In this document: piece by piece, positions 12,061-24,482 of the stretch | Layout: each line of letters begins with the position of its first letter | Position numbering within the stretch: the stretch's first letter is position 1 | Assembly (NCBI GenBank): GCA_030264375.1 | Contig: JASCQW010000001.1 | Location: 99,368,260 to 99,432,259, forward strand | From: Carcharhinus longimanus | Taxonomy: Eukaryota | DNA length: 64,000 nt | Direction of reading: 5' to 3' | Made by a program: the position numbers and the translations under genes | The notes under the pieces: generated by a model | What the model was told of the DNA's origin: nothing | Database searches by the model: none | Seen by the model: the letters and a program-made list of their open reading frames with translations, nothing else

Positions 12061-13076
12061 TATATAAGATTGTCACATCTTTAGACCATGTTTAATCAGA
12101 CCATGATTAACAAATATGCATACACACAAAATACACCAACTACAACAAATTAGCAACTTATGATTTTGTACTAATGCAGATGTATTAGTGCAAAGAAGAG
12201 TAATTTACATCGCAGGAAGGGAAACCAAGGCATGTTTTGTCAAATAGGTGTTTAAGGTTCTTTTTTTGAAATAGACTTTAGTATGTAATACAATCATACA
12301 TTTTTTGTGATAACTCTTGACGTTGTGCAATGCATAAAATGGGTAAGAATGAATTGGCAGCTTGCTTTTCGTCCCTCCCCATTTTGACTTCAGTGTTGAT
12401 TCACTGACATCCTTTTCCCATGATGGCATAAGGCCAAATTCTAACCCAGTGGGTGTGTTTTATTCTTTCACAGGATGTGGGTCTCGCTGGCTAAACCAGC
12501 ATTTGTTGCCCATCCCTAATTGCCCTTGAGAAGGAAGTGTTATGCACCACCCCCACTGCCCCACCCCCAACTAATCACCACACAGTCCTGCTTGGTGCTG
12601 TTTTCATTTGAATTCTGACAGATTAGAGTCTGTGACCTAACTTCCACAGTTTACTTTGCTAAGTCCTGCTCCCTCATCCCAGCAATAGACAATTTATGGC
12701 CCTAAGTAAAATTGCCAGCCAAACGGCCCCAGCCCTGGCAGTGCAGATAACAGCAATCAGTTCACTGACATTGTTTTTCCAGAAATGGGATAGAAAGAGT
12801 GAGGAACTAAAAGGAAATTTGATTAACATTATTCCAAGAAAATTCAGTGTGACGCATTTGTTTGATCTGTAGATAATTGGGTAGATTTTGGTCATCAAAG
12901 TTTCCCAGTCAGACATTTACTTGCTGGTAGCACATAAATCAGGAAATTGAGTGTCTATGCCCCAACAACATATCGCCTGCCCTGAAAATATTCCAATCAC
13001 GTGAGGAAAATTTGCCGCATNNNNNNNNNNNNNNNNNNNNNNNNNNNNNNNNNNNNNNNNNNNNNNNNNNNNNNNN

Positions 13077-14046
13077 AATGAGTGAGAAAAGGGGAGAAAA
13101 TGGCGGCAGTTTTTCCAGCAAGTCGTAATGTTATGGCGCTCAGCACAAAAAAAAGCCTCAGTGCAATTCTCGCCAGTACGGCGGGCAGAGTCTAAGCTCA
13201 CTGGTGAAACCAACTGCAGAGCACTGGGAGTGGCATTCATGCAGGCACCCCAATCTCCCAGTGAACTGGGAAATTTCCTGCATTCAGCCCCCCTCAACCT
13301 CTGACGCACATTGCCCCCTCCTCCTCACAATGCCGATCACTTCCTGTGCCAGTCCCTCTTTCCTCCTTCCCCTCCCACCTGCCAATCACCACCCAGGTCG
13401 CAGACCTCCCCCTTCCCCCGCCATTCACCACTTTTGCTCCCTCCCCGCCAATCACCCCTGTCTGCAGAGATCGCCCGCCAATCACCACTCCGGCAATGTT
13501 CACCCCTTGCCTTGCCCTTTGCAGAGCTCTCTCCTCACTCCCCGCTCTGAGGAGATCCCTCTTGCCTTTATCCATTGCTGTGCCACCCTGCCCAGGCCCC
13601 ATCCTCACGCAGGCTCCACTCGCTTGACACTAGTAGCGACCTCTGCACAGTTATGATGACCAATCGCAGTGTCCAGCCATGCCCTCAACCACTCGAGGGG
13701 CTGCAATGGCCTCCGATCCACCCCTGCCCCCAACAAGGCCATCACCTCTGGCCTCTGCTGGCGGAGGTCAGTCATGAGTCTTTCCAGTATGAAACTTGAC
13801 TGGGGAGGTGGTTAAGTGTAAGTGAGCCCAGACGATGCCATCCAGTACTCACTAATAACATGTTAATAATGTCATTATTATTTAAATTGGCTTCATGCTC
13901 TTTCTGGGTACAAAGCCAATTTCACTGGCAAAACAGGGCCGGTAAATTGTGAGGCAAGAAAACAGGCATATTTTTTGGCCCTTACGCAATTTTACCACCT
14001 TGCCTCACTGAACAATGGGCAAGATGAAGTCGTAAGATCACACCCA
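13077..14046. mobile_element. GC-rich non-autonomous DNA element (Harbinger-like MITE); left end in gap
   Basis: C-rich low-complexity interior; right terminus gtaagatcacaccc resembles the termini of the neighbouring element. Confidence 0.55.
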
Positions 14047-14091
14047 TAGGGTTTTACAGCACAAAAAGAGGCTCTAAGGCCCATGGGGGGT

Positions 14092-15046
14092 GGGGGGGGA
14101 ATCTTACCAGCTCACACTCCAGTCGATCAGCGTGGTGAGCCAGTGAGATCAGGCGAGAGGCGAATAAGCAGGTTTGCGCCCTTTCTGGCCCGAAGCCGAT
14201 TTCAATATTCATTACATAATTTAAATAGCTTTTGTCAGTCCCATATGCTATTGTTCAGGCTCAGCTGTCCTTACCGGCTTGCCTTTGAGGTCCGCACCGG
14301 CAAGGGTCACGTATGGTCCCCATCAAAGGGGACCGGATTTCAATGGCCTCACCAGTGGGAACGGAGGCTGGTGAAGTCACCTGGGGTGATTAGTGGCAAG
14401 CCAAAGGGGATGGGGTCTAGTGGGGCTGAGAGGAGACAGGGCCTGTAAGGGGGCAGCACCGTCCCGGGGGGTGTGGTGGCAAGGGGAGGAAAGCTCCATA
14501 AGGGGAAGGGTGGGGGGTGAACGGTAGAGGGTGGGAGGGGTTGATTGGGTGGGGCACGACTGGAGGTGGAGGGAGTGATTGACCGAGGCGGCAATCAGAG
14601 GCTGAGGGGTAGATGGCCAGATCGGCCATCGAGAGTGTCCAGGGCAGCAATCAGCAGGGGGAGGGGTTGATATGCAAGGATGGGGTGGAGGGGGGAAACG
14701 ATGCCTGGACGAGTGGGAGTATAGTGGGGAGTCTGCATAGGGAGCTATCGGCAGCGGGCCCCAATGTCCATGTGGGTGGGGCAGGGGAATGTCAGGTGAT
14801 CTGCCAGGGTATTATGTGTACACTTTGTCCTGGGAGACCAGTGCACCTGCTCAATGTCACCCCTGGAATTCAGCAGCGCGCACTCGGTGAGATTAGGCTC
14901 CACCCCCTCCCCCTGCTGGTGAGAATCATATTGTGGCTTTTTTTTAACTAAGTGGCATAACATTCAATGCACCAAGAAACAAGTTTGAAACTCTCTCATT
15001 TTCATGCTCTTTCAGCACTTTGAATTCTTTTTGTAAGATCACCACC
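14092..15046. mobile_element. GC-rich MITE with imperfect TIRs
   Basis: Left GGGGGGAATCTTAC; right GTAAGATCACCACC (revcomp GGTGGTGATCTTAC); G-rich interior. Confidence 0.6.
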
Positions 15047-16064
15047 ATTGTTTCTGCTTCAGGCATCAAGCACCAATCTATTCTAATCCAATTTTCCAGC
15101 TCTTAGTCCAGACCAAGGAATTCACTTTTAACAATCACAAATAGATAAGGTTTAGGATGTTATATCGTAATGTTTTTTTTAAAAGCAATGAGTCACAGGA
15201 GAAGATAAGTTTATTATGATCTTAAGAACAGGGCAAACATTACTCTGGGAGTTGCCAATGAATCATGATTCTCACTTTATGTGTTGCTCAGTGACAATTC
15301 TATTTCTATCTAAGCAATATTAAAAATCTTACATTTACAAAGCATTATTTCCTTTGTCATATCCTTCTCACACATTTATGTCAACCTTTTCATTAGTAAT
15401 TCCTAGGTTCACATTTATAACGGAAATTGTCTATGTAAGCTTGTTATATCGTGATTACACCCAGATGTCAGCTGTGAGATGTTTTGCATCTCTCAGTCTC
15501 TCAGATTAGGTTATAGACAAGATTTACCAGTGCAAACAACAGGATCCATCTCACACACACTGTTTCCCTGGAATCTGAAGGGAAACATTCCAAAAATTAA
15601 AGCAACTTCGAACAATGACCACACCCCACCCCCCAAAACAAATGGTTAGGTTTTGGTCTTTAATTCTTCCTATTCAAAATTTGACATTTTGGGAGCACAA
15701 TCAGGAAATTAAGTGTGGGCCCCCAGTCATATTCCACCCAGTTCCAGCAGGAAAGTTTACAATTTCACTCTGAGCAAGGAATTCAGTATTAAAACGTGGC
15801 TGGAAGGCTGGAAAATCTCACCTGTTGTGTCAAAATGCAGAAAAAATAAATTACTTTAAAATTTCAATTGAATTACTTTTGCTGTTTGAATTTTCCACTG
15901 CCCTTCAACTCCACGTCTTCTGGAAAACCGTTTGTGGTTCTAATGCCACGTGTGCCACACCCCAGAGTATAACACGTGTATAACAGGGTATAACACACCT
16001 TATTAATAATATTCATAATATAATAAAACAACATCCTCATCATTATGAGCAACAACATGGAAGA

Positions 16065-16265
16065 TCTGTTAGGGTGCGTATCTCCATTAACTGTTTTCGA
16101 GAAGGAGTTGGATGTAGCTTTTGGGACAGAGGGGATCAAAGGATATGGGTGGTAGGCAAGATCAGGCTGTTGAGTTGCATAATCAGCCAAGACTATAATG
16201 AATGGTGGGATAGCCTCGAAGGGCCAAATGGCCTACTCCTGCTCCTGTTTTCTATATTTCTATGT
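16065..16265 (+). mobile_element. CR1 3' fragment
   Basis: ggggatcaaaggatatgg...gaagggccaaatggcctactcctgctcctgttttctat. Confidence 0.85.
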
Positions 16266-17264
16266 GACTCCAACATTTACCACTTATGTCACAACTTCAG
16301 TCACACATTCCTATTATTTTTAATCACTCACTTTATTTTGATTTTACCTGATTTCCTCAACAATGCACTAATTGGCTGATTTTAACACATAACTCCGAAG
16401 TTCCCACCTCTGGGCCCTTGTCCTTTCAAGCTCATTTCCCAATTCCAATTCTTTTCTGACCCATCCCATTGCCAAGAAGAACTCTTAAAGCCTAAGTTTT
16501 CTCATTTGAATGCGAGTTAATTAAGATTCTTCTCAGTATATCACATTAAAATTCCTGTATGGAACATGATATTACTTTTCAAAATGAATGCAAACCAAGC
16601 CTCTCTTAGAGTACTTGACCACTTTAAAATTGTTCATAGTTACCTGCAATCCCTGTTGTGCCTGTAGGTGACACTGTGATCGATGTGTTCAATATGCACT
16701 CATCCTTATGGGCAGTAAAATTAACTGCAAATTAACACTACCAAATAGGCCTTTATTCACAGTCCAAGAATAATTTCACAAATTCAATAATCCAAATCTT
16801 TCTAGTCACATTATCTCAACAATTTAGTTTTCAGGCCCACGGTATTTACACACTGACAAACCACCTAGCTGTAAGCCATCCTTTGAACTGCCACCTACCA
16901 CTGTATGTGGGATACCCACTCTCCCCTGGCAGCAAGTGAATCCCATGCCCAAGCCTAGTGAGGATGCATGATTTTCACCCCAGCCCTGCTAAACTATCCC
17001 TCCCAAAACAGCTCAGGATAATAGCCCCCACCAACAAAAGAAGACGTTCACCAACATCTGTCCCCACCCCTCACCACAAGCTACACGCTGATTGGACTAT
17101 CTGATAGCCTGGTGTACAGTATGCACTGAGAACTCATGTTAGCCCAACCCAGTTTGCTGCTGTCCCCAACATTACTGAGAGTTTATTTACATTTCCTGTC
17201 ATCCCCCACCTCCCTCCGCCCACCCCCACTTCCATCTCCACTAAATCTTTATTGACTGACAATT

Positions 17265-17386
17265 CTAATTGCTGTCTTCCTCTTCCACTGTTGCAGTGCT
17301 GTGAGGTTTGGCAGATGTTGCCGCAGTCAAACTGCGGTAGAATATTTTATGTTCTGTTCTTATTACGCTCCCCTGTGGAGTTCCTT
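17265..17386 (-). CDS. Candidate terminal coding exon of an unidentified minus-strand gene
   Basis: ctgcag|AA GGA ACT...AGC AAT TAG = (E)GTPQGSVIRTEHKIFYRSLTAATSAKPHSTATVEEEDSN*; AATAAA at 17248-17253; phase 1 matches exon 24368-24482; acceptor pyrimidine tract is weak. Confidence 0.4.
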
Positions 17387-17944
17387 CTGCAGATTGTCAC
17401 GATTTCAAAGCCGTAGTAATGTGATATGTGAAGATTTTCAGGACCTAATTGTGCGATAATGTTGTTGCTATCTATGCAACCATACCACGTTAAAGGAACA
17501 GATGAAATCACATTATATTATGCATAGACGCCGGAACTTCTTAGCGTATGTTTTAGAGAGTAATAAAAACTTAAGAACAGTTTAATTACATAGTCATAAA
17601 GGCAAAGCAATAAAAACAAATATATACGTTATCTTTATTTTTGTTTCATGTTATTTCTAAACTGGAAATTCATTTGGTTCACTTAATTATTTGGTTGGAT
17701 TTAATGGTGTGTTATAGAAGTACAGAGTCACACAGTATGCAAGAAGGCCATTTAATCCATTCTGCCTGTGCTGGCCCATTGAAAGATTGAGAAATGAATG
17801 CTATTCTCTACATCATTCTCATAACCCTGAAAATATTTCCCTTTCAAGTATGTATCCATTCTCTTTTAATAATCCACTGCATAAAACAAATGTCTTCATC
17901 TCCCCAATTCTTTTGTCAGTTATGTAATCTATGTCTGCTGTTAT

Positions 17945-18023
17945 CCGATGTGGGTATGCCGGCGTTGGACTGGCGTAAACACAGTAAAAAGTCTGACAAC
18001 ACCTGGACTAAAACCTGGTGTTG
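17945..18023 (-). mobile_element. Penelope-like terminal repeat fragment running into a gap
   Basis: Reverse complement of the ends of the 20206-20435 and 56115-56271 elements (gatgtgggtatgccggcgttggactgg...cacagtaa). Confidence 0.7.
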
Positions 18024-20205
18024 NNNNNNNNNNNNNNNNNNNNNNNNNNNNNNNNNNNNNNNNNNNNNNNNNNNNNNNNNNNNNNNNNNNNNNNNNNNNN
18101 NNNNNNNNNNNNNNNNNNNNNNNNNNNNNNNNNNNNNNNNNNNNNNNNNNNNNNNNNNNNNNNNNNNNNNNNNNNNNNNNNNNNNNNNNNNNNNNNNNNN
18201 NNNNNNNNNNNNNNNNNNNNNNNNNNNNNNNNNNNNNNNNNNNNNNNNNNNNNNNNNNNNNNNNNNNNNNNNNNNNNNNNNNNNNNNNNNNNNNNNNNNN
18301 NNNNNNNNNNNNNNNNNNNNNNNNNNNNNNNNNNNNNNNNNNNNNNNNNNNNNNNNNNNNNNNNNNNNNNNNNNNNNNNNNNNNNNNNNNNNNNNNNNNN
18401 NNNNNNNNNNNNNNNNNNNNNNNNNNNNNNNNNNNNNNNNNNNNNNNNNNNNNNNNNNNNNNNNNNNNNNNNNNNNNNNNNNNNNNNNNNNNNNNNNNNN
18501 NNNNNNNNNNNNNNNNNNNNNNNNNNNNNNNNNNNNNNNNNNNNNNNNNNNNNNNNNNNNNNNNNNNNNNNNNNNNNNNNNNNNNNNNNNNNNNNNNNNN
18601 NNNNNNNNNNNNNNNNNNNNNNNNNNNNNNNNNNNNNNNNNNNNNNNNNNNNNNNNNNNNNNNNNNNNNNNNNNNNNNNNNNNNNNNNNNNNNNNNNNNN
18701 NNNNNNNNNNNNNNNNNNNNNNNNNNNNNNNNNNNNNNNNNNNNNNNNNNNNNNNNNNNNNNNNNNNNNNNNNNNNNNNNNNNNNNNNNNNNNNNNNNNN
18801 NNNNNNNNNNNNNNNNNNNNNNNNNNNNNNNNNNNNNNNNNNNNNNNNNNNNNNNNNNNNNNNNNNNNNNNNNNNNNNNNNNNNNNNNNNNNNNNNNNNN
18901 NNNNNNNNNNNNNNNNNNNNNNNNNNNNNNNNNTCACAGACATAATTGGGACAGTGTTTCGAAGGCAGCAGCATCCCGTCCCCCTATCACCATCACAAAA
19001 TATGGTCTGTAGCTGTCTCTTAACAATCACGCTGTCTAAGTTACTTTCTTCTCATGCTACATCAAGAGGTTGACTTGTTCCCAAATCTCTATGAACGTCA
19101 GTCAGAAAATAGATGTGAATTGCTGCAATGTCTGTTTGTTTCTCCCCAAGGAAACATTCAACTTTGGTTGACAAATCTTTGTAGCAAAGGAAACTCAGCA
19201 GTTGGAGGATACAAGGAACACTTAAAGATTTACTAACCATGCCATTTTATCACAGATGGATTTTCAAGCACTGTGGAAGGTATCTAATGGAGGGGACAGC
19301 AGAATCTTGCCAGTTGGCTGGAGAAGCAGTGAGAGCACATTGCAATCTTTACCTACACATAGTAATCAATGTGTTTTAAATATTGTGTTAAAGCAGATAA
19401 TTATAAAATGAAGCAAAGTAGAATATAGCCCTAAGGATCATGTTCAAATATGTGTCAGATTTCCATTCAAACATAATTTGCAACAACAGCTGGAAATACA
19501 GTGCGCTTTGGCTACATTTCATTTTTTCAGCACATCTTTGCACCCACACTGTGTTTTACCCTTTGGGTAATAGTGAGGGGAAGAGGTGGAAGGATTGCAG
19601 AGCTGATTATCAGCTCACTGAACTGTGTTGAATGCTCTTTACATAGCCAACAAGTCCTGGTGTTGGACTCAAACCTAGAATTTCTGACCCAGTGGTGTTG
19701 ATGCTATCACTGCACCACAAAGTCTCCTGTTTTACTTCATGAAGTCAAACTAATCTGTTCAATGATAAAATCAGGCAGGCAATTTACCAATTTTCTTCTC
19801 CTTTCTCAATTTGCATTTATATGGCACCTTTAACAATGCAAAATGTCCCACGGTGATTCACAACCAGTGAGCCAAGGAAGAAGACAAGTGACCAAGAGGT
19901 AGCTTATAAGGAATGTCTGAGAGGAGAATCCATTAAAGAAAGTCATGCAATGTTGGTCTGAGAAATTGGATGATCTCCTGTGGGACTGCTTAGAATCAGT
20001 AGACTGGTTAATATTTAAAGACTCTGCGAGCAGCCTGAATGAGTACGCCGCTACAGTAACTGACTTCATTAGTAAGTGTGTAGAAGACTATGTGCCAAAG
20101 AAGCAAATCCCAACTGGAAATCATGGAATAACAGGGATTGCCACTGCTTATTGAGGTCCAGGTCTGAGGCATTCAAGTCAGATGACCCTGACCTAAACAA
20201 GAAAG

Positions 20206-20435
20206 TAGTCCCACAACACCAGTCCAACAGGTTTATTTGGTAGAACACACTTGTGGAGTGCTTCTCCTTCATCAGGTGAGTGAGGACCTGTCCTCAACTT
20301 GACAAATCCTCACTCACCTGATGAAGGAGCAGTGCTCCGAAAGCTTGTATTGCCAAATAAACCGGTTGGACTTTAACCTGGTGCTGTGAGACTTCTTATA
20401 GTGCTTACCGCAGTCCAACTCCAGCATCTCCACAT
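20206..20435 (+). mobile_element. Penelope-derived fold-back mini-element with 13-bp TSD
   Basis: CTAAACAAGAAAG duplicated at 20193-20205 and 20436-20448; inverted arms ~20207-20286 and ~20307-20393. Confidence 0.85.
20315..20349 (+). ncRNA. Minimal type I hammerhead ribozyme motif (Penelope type)
   Basis: CAC-CTGATGA-A-GGAGC(AGT)GCTCC-GAA-AGCT-T-GTA: CUGANGA and GAAA cores, perfect 5-bp stem II, palindromic stem III. Confidence 0.7.
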
Positions 20436-22339
20436 CTAAACAAGAAAGCCAGACATGATCTACAGAGATCCATCAAAGATGCCGAAAGACAGTGTCAGAC
20501 CAAACTAGAGTCCCAGGCTAGACACATGGACTCCCACTGATTATGGCAAGGTCTGCAAGATATAATAGGCTATAAGATGAAGGCATGTAAAATCACCAGC
20601 ACCAATGTACCCCTCCCTAATGAATTTGATGCATTCTACGACCATTTCGAGGAAGAGGTCAGCGAGAGCGTGCCTTCCACCCCAGAAGCCTCGAATGAAC
20701 CTGTACCCGAGGTCACCATTGCAGACATCAGAGCAGCCTTCTCAAAGGTCAAACCATAGAAAGTGACTGGCCCAGATGGGGTCCCTGGCCAAGCACTCAG
20801 ATCCTGCATGGACCAGCTAGCTGAGGTATTCACAGAAATCTTCAACCTCTCTTTACACCAATCTGAGGTCCCTATCTGCTTCAAGAAGATGACCAACATT
20901 CCGGTACTAAAGAAAAGCCAAGTAGTGTGCCTTAATGACAATTGTCCTGTAGCTCTGACATACATAATTTATGAAGTGCATTGAAAGGTTTATCATGGCA
21001 CAAATCAATTCCAGCCTTCCAATTGCCTGGGTCCATTACAGTTTGCCTACCACCACAACAGTCCATGACAGACACCATCTCCCTGGCCCAACACTCAACC
21101 TTGGAACACGTAGATAACAAAGACACCTATGTTAGACTCCTCAACTCCTACTATGCTTTCTATACACCTGTGATTGTGTGGTCAAACTATCTTCCAACTC
21201 AATTTTCAAGCTTGCTGATGATACCACCGAAGTGGGTTGGATCTCAAACAGTGACGAGATAGAATACAGGAATGAGATAGAGAATCTGATGAACTGGTGT
21301 GACTATAATCTCTGCCTCAGTGTCAGCAAAACAAAAGCATAGTGGAGAACATTCCCCTGTCAAATCAACGGGGACAAAGTAGAAATGGTCAAGAGCTTCA
21401 AGTTTTTAGGTGACCAGATCACCAACAACCTTGACTGGTTATTCCCCCACATGCAAACACTTTAGTTCAGAAAGCTCACCAATGCCTCTGCTTTCTCAGA
21501 AGACTAAGGAAATGTCAGTTACGACCCTTACCAACTTTTACAGATGCATCATAGAAAGCATTCTTTCTGGTTGTATCACACCTTGGTATGGTTCCTGCTA
21601 TGCCCAAGACCGCGAGAAATTATAAAAGGTCGTGAACGTAGCCCAATCCATCACGCAAACCAGTATCCCATCCATTGACTCTGTCTATACTTCCCGTTGC
21701 CTCGGCAAAGCAGCCAATATAATTAAGGACCACACATTCTCTCTTCCACTTTCTTCTGTCAGGAAAACAACACAGAAGTCTGAGGTCACGGACCAACTAA
21801 CTCAAGAACAGCTTCTTCCCTGCTACCATCAGACTTTTGAGTGGATCTACCTTGCATTAAGTTGACCTTGCTCTACACCCTAGCTATAACTATAATGCTA
21901 CATTCTGCACTCTCTCGTTTCCTTCTCTATGGACCGTATGCTTTGTCTGTATAGTGCGCAAGAAACAATGCTTTTCAGTGTATGCTAATACATGTGACAA
22001 TAATAAATCAAATCAAAACATTGTGTAGCTATCAAAAGACATGAGGAATTGAATATGTTTATCTTAAGACAAAGAGTGGATGTCTCCCATTTTGAAATGA
22101 TGTGCAGCTCAGTGTGCCTGTCCCACTGACCAGAATAGTAGGATCCTATGCCAGATTTTGTATTTGAAACCTTATTAATTGTGCAGAAGTGAGCTCCCTT
22201 CCAACTATCCTGATGGGACTGCAGCTGATTCATCCACTTGGACTCAGCTGGTGTATTCGAAGGTCCCAGTGCAGTATTTAAATACCAGCTCAGCACGCTC
22301 ATGTCACTCTCTCTCCAACCCACCTGTCTTCACCAGGCT

Positions 22340-23450
22340 CTCCAACACGTCCAGAACCCAGAGGGAAAAGGCCAGGAGTCTCGAGAAGAGGGCAGAATCA
22401 GCTTTCAACGCCAGTGTCGTTGAGGCCCTGATTCAGATGGCCCAGGCCCACCAATATGGCCTCCACCCCAGAGATGACTCAAAGAAGCACACTAACCTCA
22501 CCTCTCCTGCCCAGGAGGTCAGCGCGGCTATCACCCATCTGTGAACTGCCATCCAGAATGCAGATGAATGGTCTTATCTGCTCCACCAGAGTAAGTGTTC
22601 TCTCAGTTCTCTCTAACATCAAGCTCTCAGCATGTACTCAAATACCTACTTTCTTCATGGATTTCACACATCCATTAACATATGGGGCAACATATCAACA
22701 CTTAATCTCTCAACAAGACTTTCAAAACAGCACCATCGCATCTGTCTTGTTGCCCACACTCCAATCTCTGATCCTCCTTGGTAGGGCACACACACAATGG
22801 ACATGCATTCCACCCAACCTCTGCTCTGTCCCATCTGATCACACATTTCTTTGTTTTGTTTTGCCAAACTTGCGTGCAGCAATCCCAGACCAAGGGAGGG
22901 ATGACAGTGATCATCGACATCATCAAGTTTGAAGAGGCCACTGCAGAGCTCGCCTGTGAAGACTGGGATCATTCCTGGGGTGATACTGGGCTTGGCTTTC
23001 CACAACAACCGAGCTGGGATCTCAGCTCCACTGCTTCACCCCAATCCAACGAGTGCAGTGTATTCTGAAATAGCTTCAGTTCAATAAAACTGTCCTTTTG
23101 TCTTTTGTAGGTACCAGCAGACCTACCAGCGGCTCCTCTCTGAGCCTCCTGAGAATGTCTGAGGATGAGGGGATTCAGGATGAATGATTACGGTGCTCAC
23201 CTGCACCCTCCACCAGCACAGAGATGCACACCTCAGTGAGGCAAGTTTAGACTCTGGCACATTTTCAGGAGAACGGCTTTCAGACACGTCCCTGCAGCAG
23301 TTGGAGGCGGAGGCAGAGACATCCAGATCTCCAGCACTCAGAAAGCTACTGGAGACCAGGTAACCACTGAGCCTCCATTAGATGATGGGCCTCTGGAAAT
23401 GGCTGCCAGCTCACTGGTGGAGATGCAAAGGGAGACAGTGAGGGGCAGGT
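22340..23450 (+). mobile_element. Harbinger-type Myb/SANT DNA-binding gene remnant with introns
   Basis: SAFNASVVEALIQ..QEVSA..TAIQ..MNGLICSTR|gtaagt, then QT.GG..KFEEATAELA and an acidic exon after tttgtcttttgtag; stops and frameshifts. Confidence 0.6.
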
Positions 23451-23499
23451 TAATCAAGGGTGAGGTTCCTGTTGGATGGGGTGGGCAAGAGTAGGTCAA

Positions 23500-23780
23500 A
23501 GCTATTCCTGCCAAAATGGATGACCTCACATTTACAACATTGTACTTCATCTGCCAAACCCTCGCCCACTCACTTAAACTATCCATATCCCTTTGCAGAC
23601 TTTCAGTGTCCTCTGAGTACTTTGCTCCATTCATCTTAGTGTCAACTGTGGATTTTGATACACTACTTGGTCCCCAACTCCAAATCATCTATGTAAATTG
23701 TAAACAATTGCAGTCCAACACTGATCCCTGAGGCACATCACTAGTCACTGATCGCCAACCAGAAAAACACCCATTTATAT
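23500..23780 (-). mobile_element. CR1 RT fragment
   Basis: SKSTVDTK..SLQRDMDSLSEWARVWQMKYNV. Confidence 0.85.
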
Positions 23781-23980
23781 AATACAATATATACATATTT
23801 TCAGAAAACTACCAGTTTATTGGTAATATTATCAGTTGTGCGACACTTCAAATACCAATTCATGACTGGAAAATGGAGTTGAGATGCAATTGGCCCATCA
23901 TTGATTTTCTCATCACACAACAAAAAGACTATTGTTCTCAGTCTTGAATATTTTAATTAAGCATGCCACCATTCCATTGG

Positions 23981-24266
23981 GGGCGGCATGGTGGCACAGT
24001 GGTTAACACTGCTGCCTCACAGCATCAGGGACACCGAATAAATTCCCAGCTTGGGTCAGTGCATGTTCTCTCCATGTCTTTATGGGTTTCCCCTGGGTGC
24101 CTCGGTTTCCTCCTGCAGTCTGAAAGACGTGCTGGTTAAGTGCATTGGCCATGCTAAATTCTCCCTCCGTGTACCCGAGCAGGCACCGGAGTGTGGTGAC
24201 TAGGGTATTTTCACAATAACTTCATTGCAGTGTTAATGTAAGCCTACTTGTGACCCATAAATAAAC
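23981..24266 (+). mobile_element. HE1-like SINE, tail type A
   Basis: gggcggcatggtggcacagtggttaacactgctgcctcacagc head through cctacttgtgac..taaataaac. Confidence 0.9.
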
Positions 24267-24367
24267 ATCGCTGCCCCAAACAGCATTTTGATTTTCTAAA
24301 CCTTCTAAAAAAAAATTGCATTCAATCGTTTCTCAAAACTAATGAAAACTGTACATGGCTGTTTCAC

Positions 24368-24482
24368 CTTCAGTGGGTACTGTACTCAGCAAGCTCTTTT
24401 CTGCTTCTTCTTTAATTATATCCATACTTGATGCTCTGCTTTTGATATCCGTGTCCTCTTTGGAACTGGTGCTTATTGCACT
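24368..24482 (-). CDS. Candidate internal coding exon (115 nt) of an unidentified minus-strand gene
   Basis: cacttcactacaattttgcag|AGT...GAA G|gtgaaa; open frame SAISTSSKEDTDIKSRASSMDIIKEEAEKSLLSTVPTE; purine-rich coding-like strand in unique DNA. Confidence 0.45.

Larger units (their letters stand above)
19925..22018 (+). mobile_element. Rex1/Babar-type LINE, 5'-truncated and decayed
   Basis: DCLESVDW..EYAATVTDFISKCVED; GPDGVPG..DQLAEVFTEIFNLSL; NFYRCIIESILSGCITPWYGSC; tail tacatgtgacaataataaatcaaatc. Confidence 0.85.

Noticed and set aside
13204-14963. Cluster of Pro/Gly-rich ORFs of 70-150 aa
   Set aside because: By-product of GC-rich low-complexity MITE interiors
15940-15980. Two CACGTG E-boxes, and a possible small exon at 15877-15919
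   Set aside because: Too short to distinguish from chance; weak donor
17319-17339. Hairpin CCGCAGT-CAA-ACTGCGG
   Set aside because: Only a 7-bp stem inside the candidate coding exon; expected by chance in 64 kb
17794-19073. 340-383 aa ORFs (and 40251-40727)
   Set aside because: Read through N gaps
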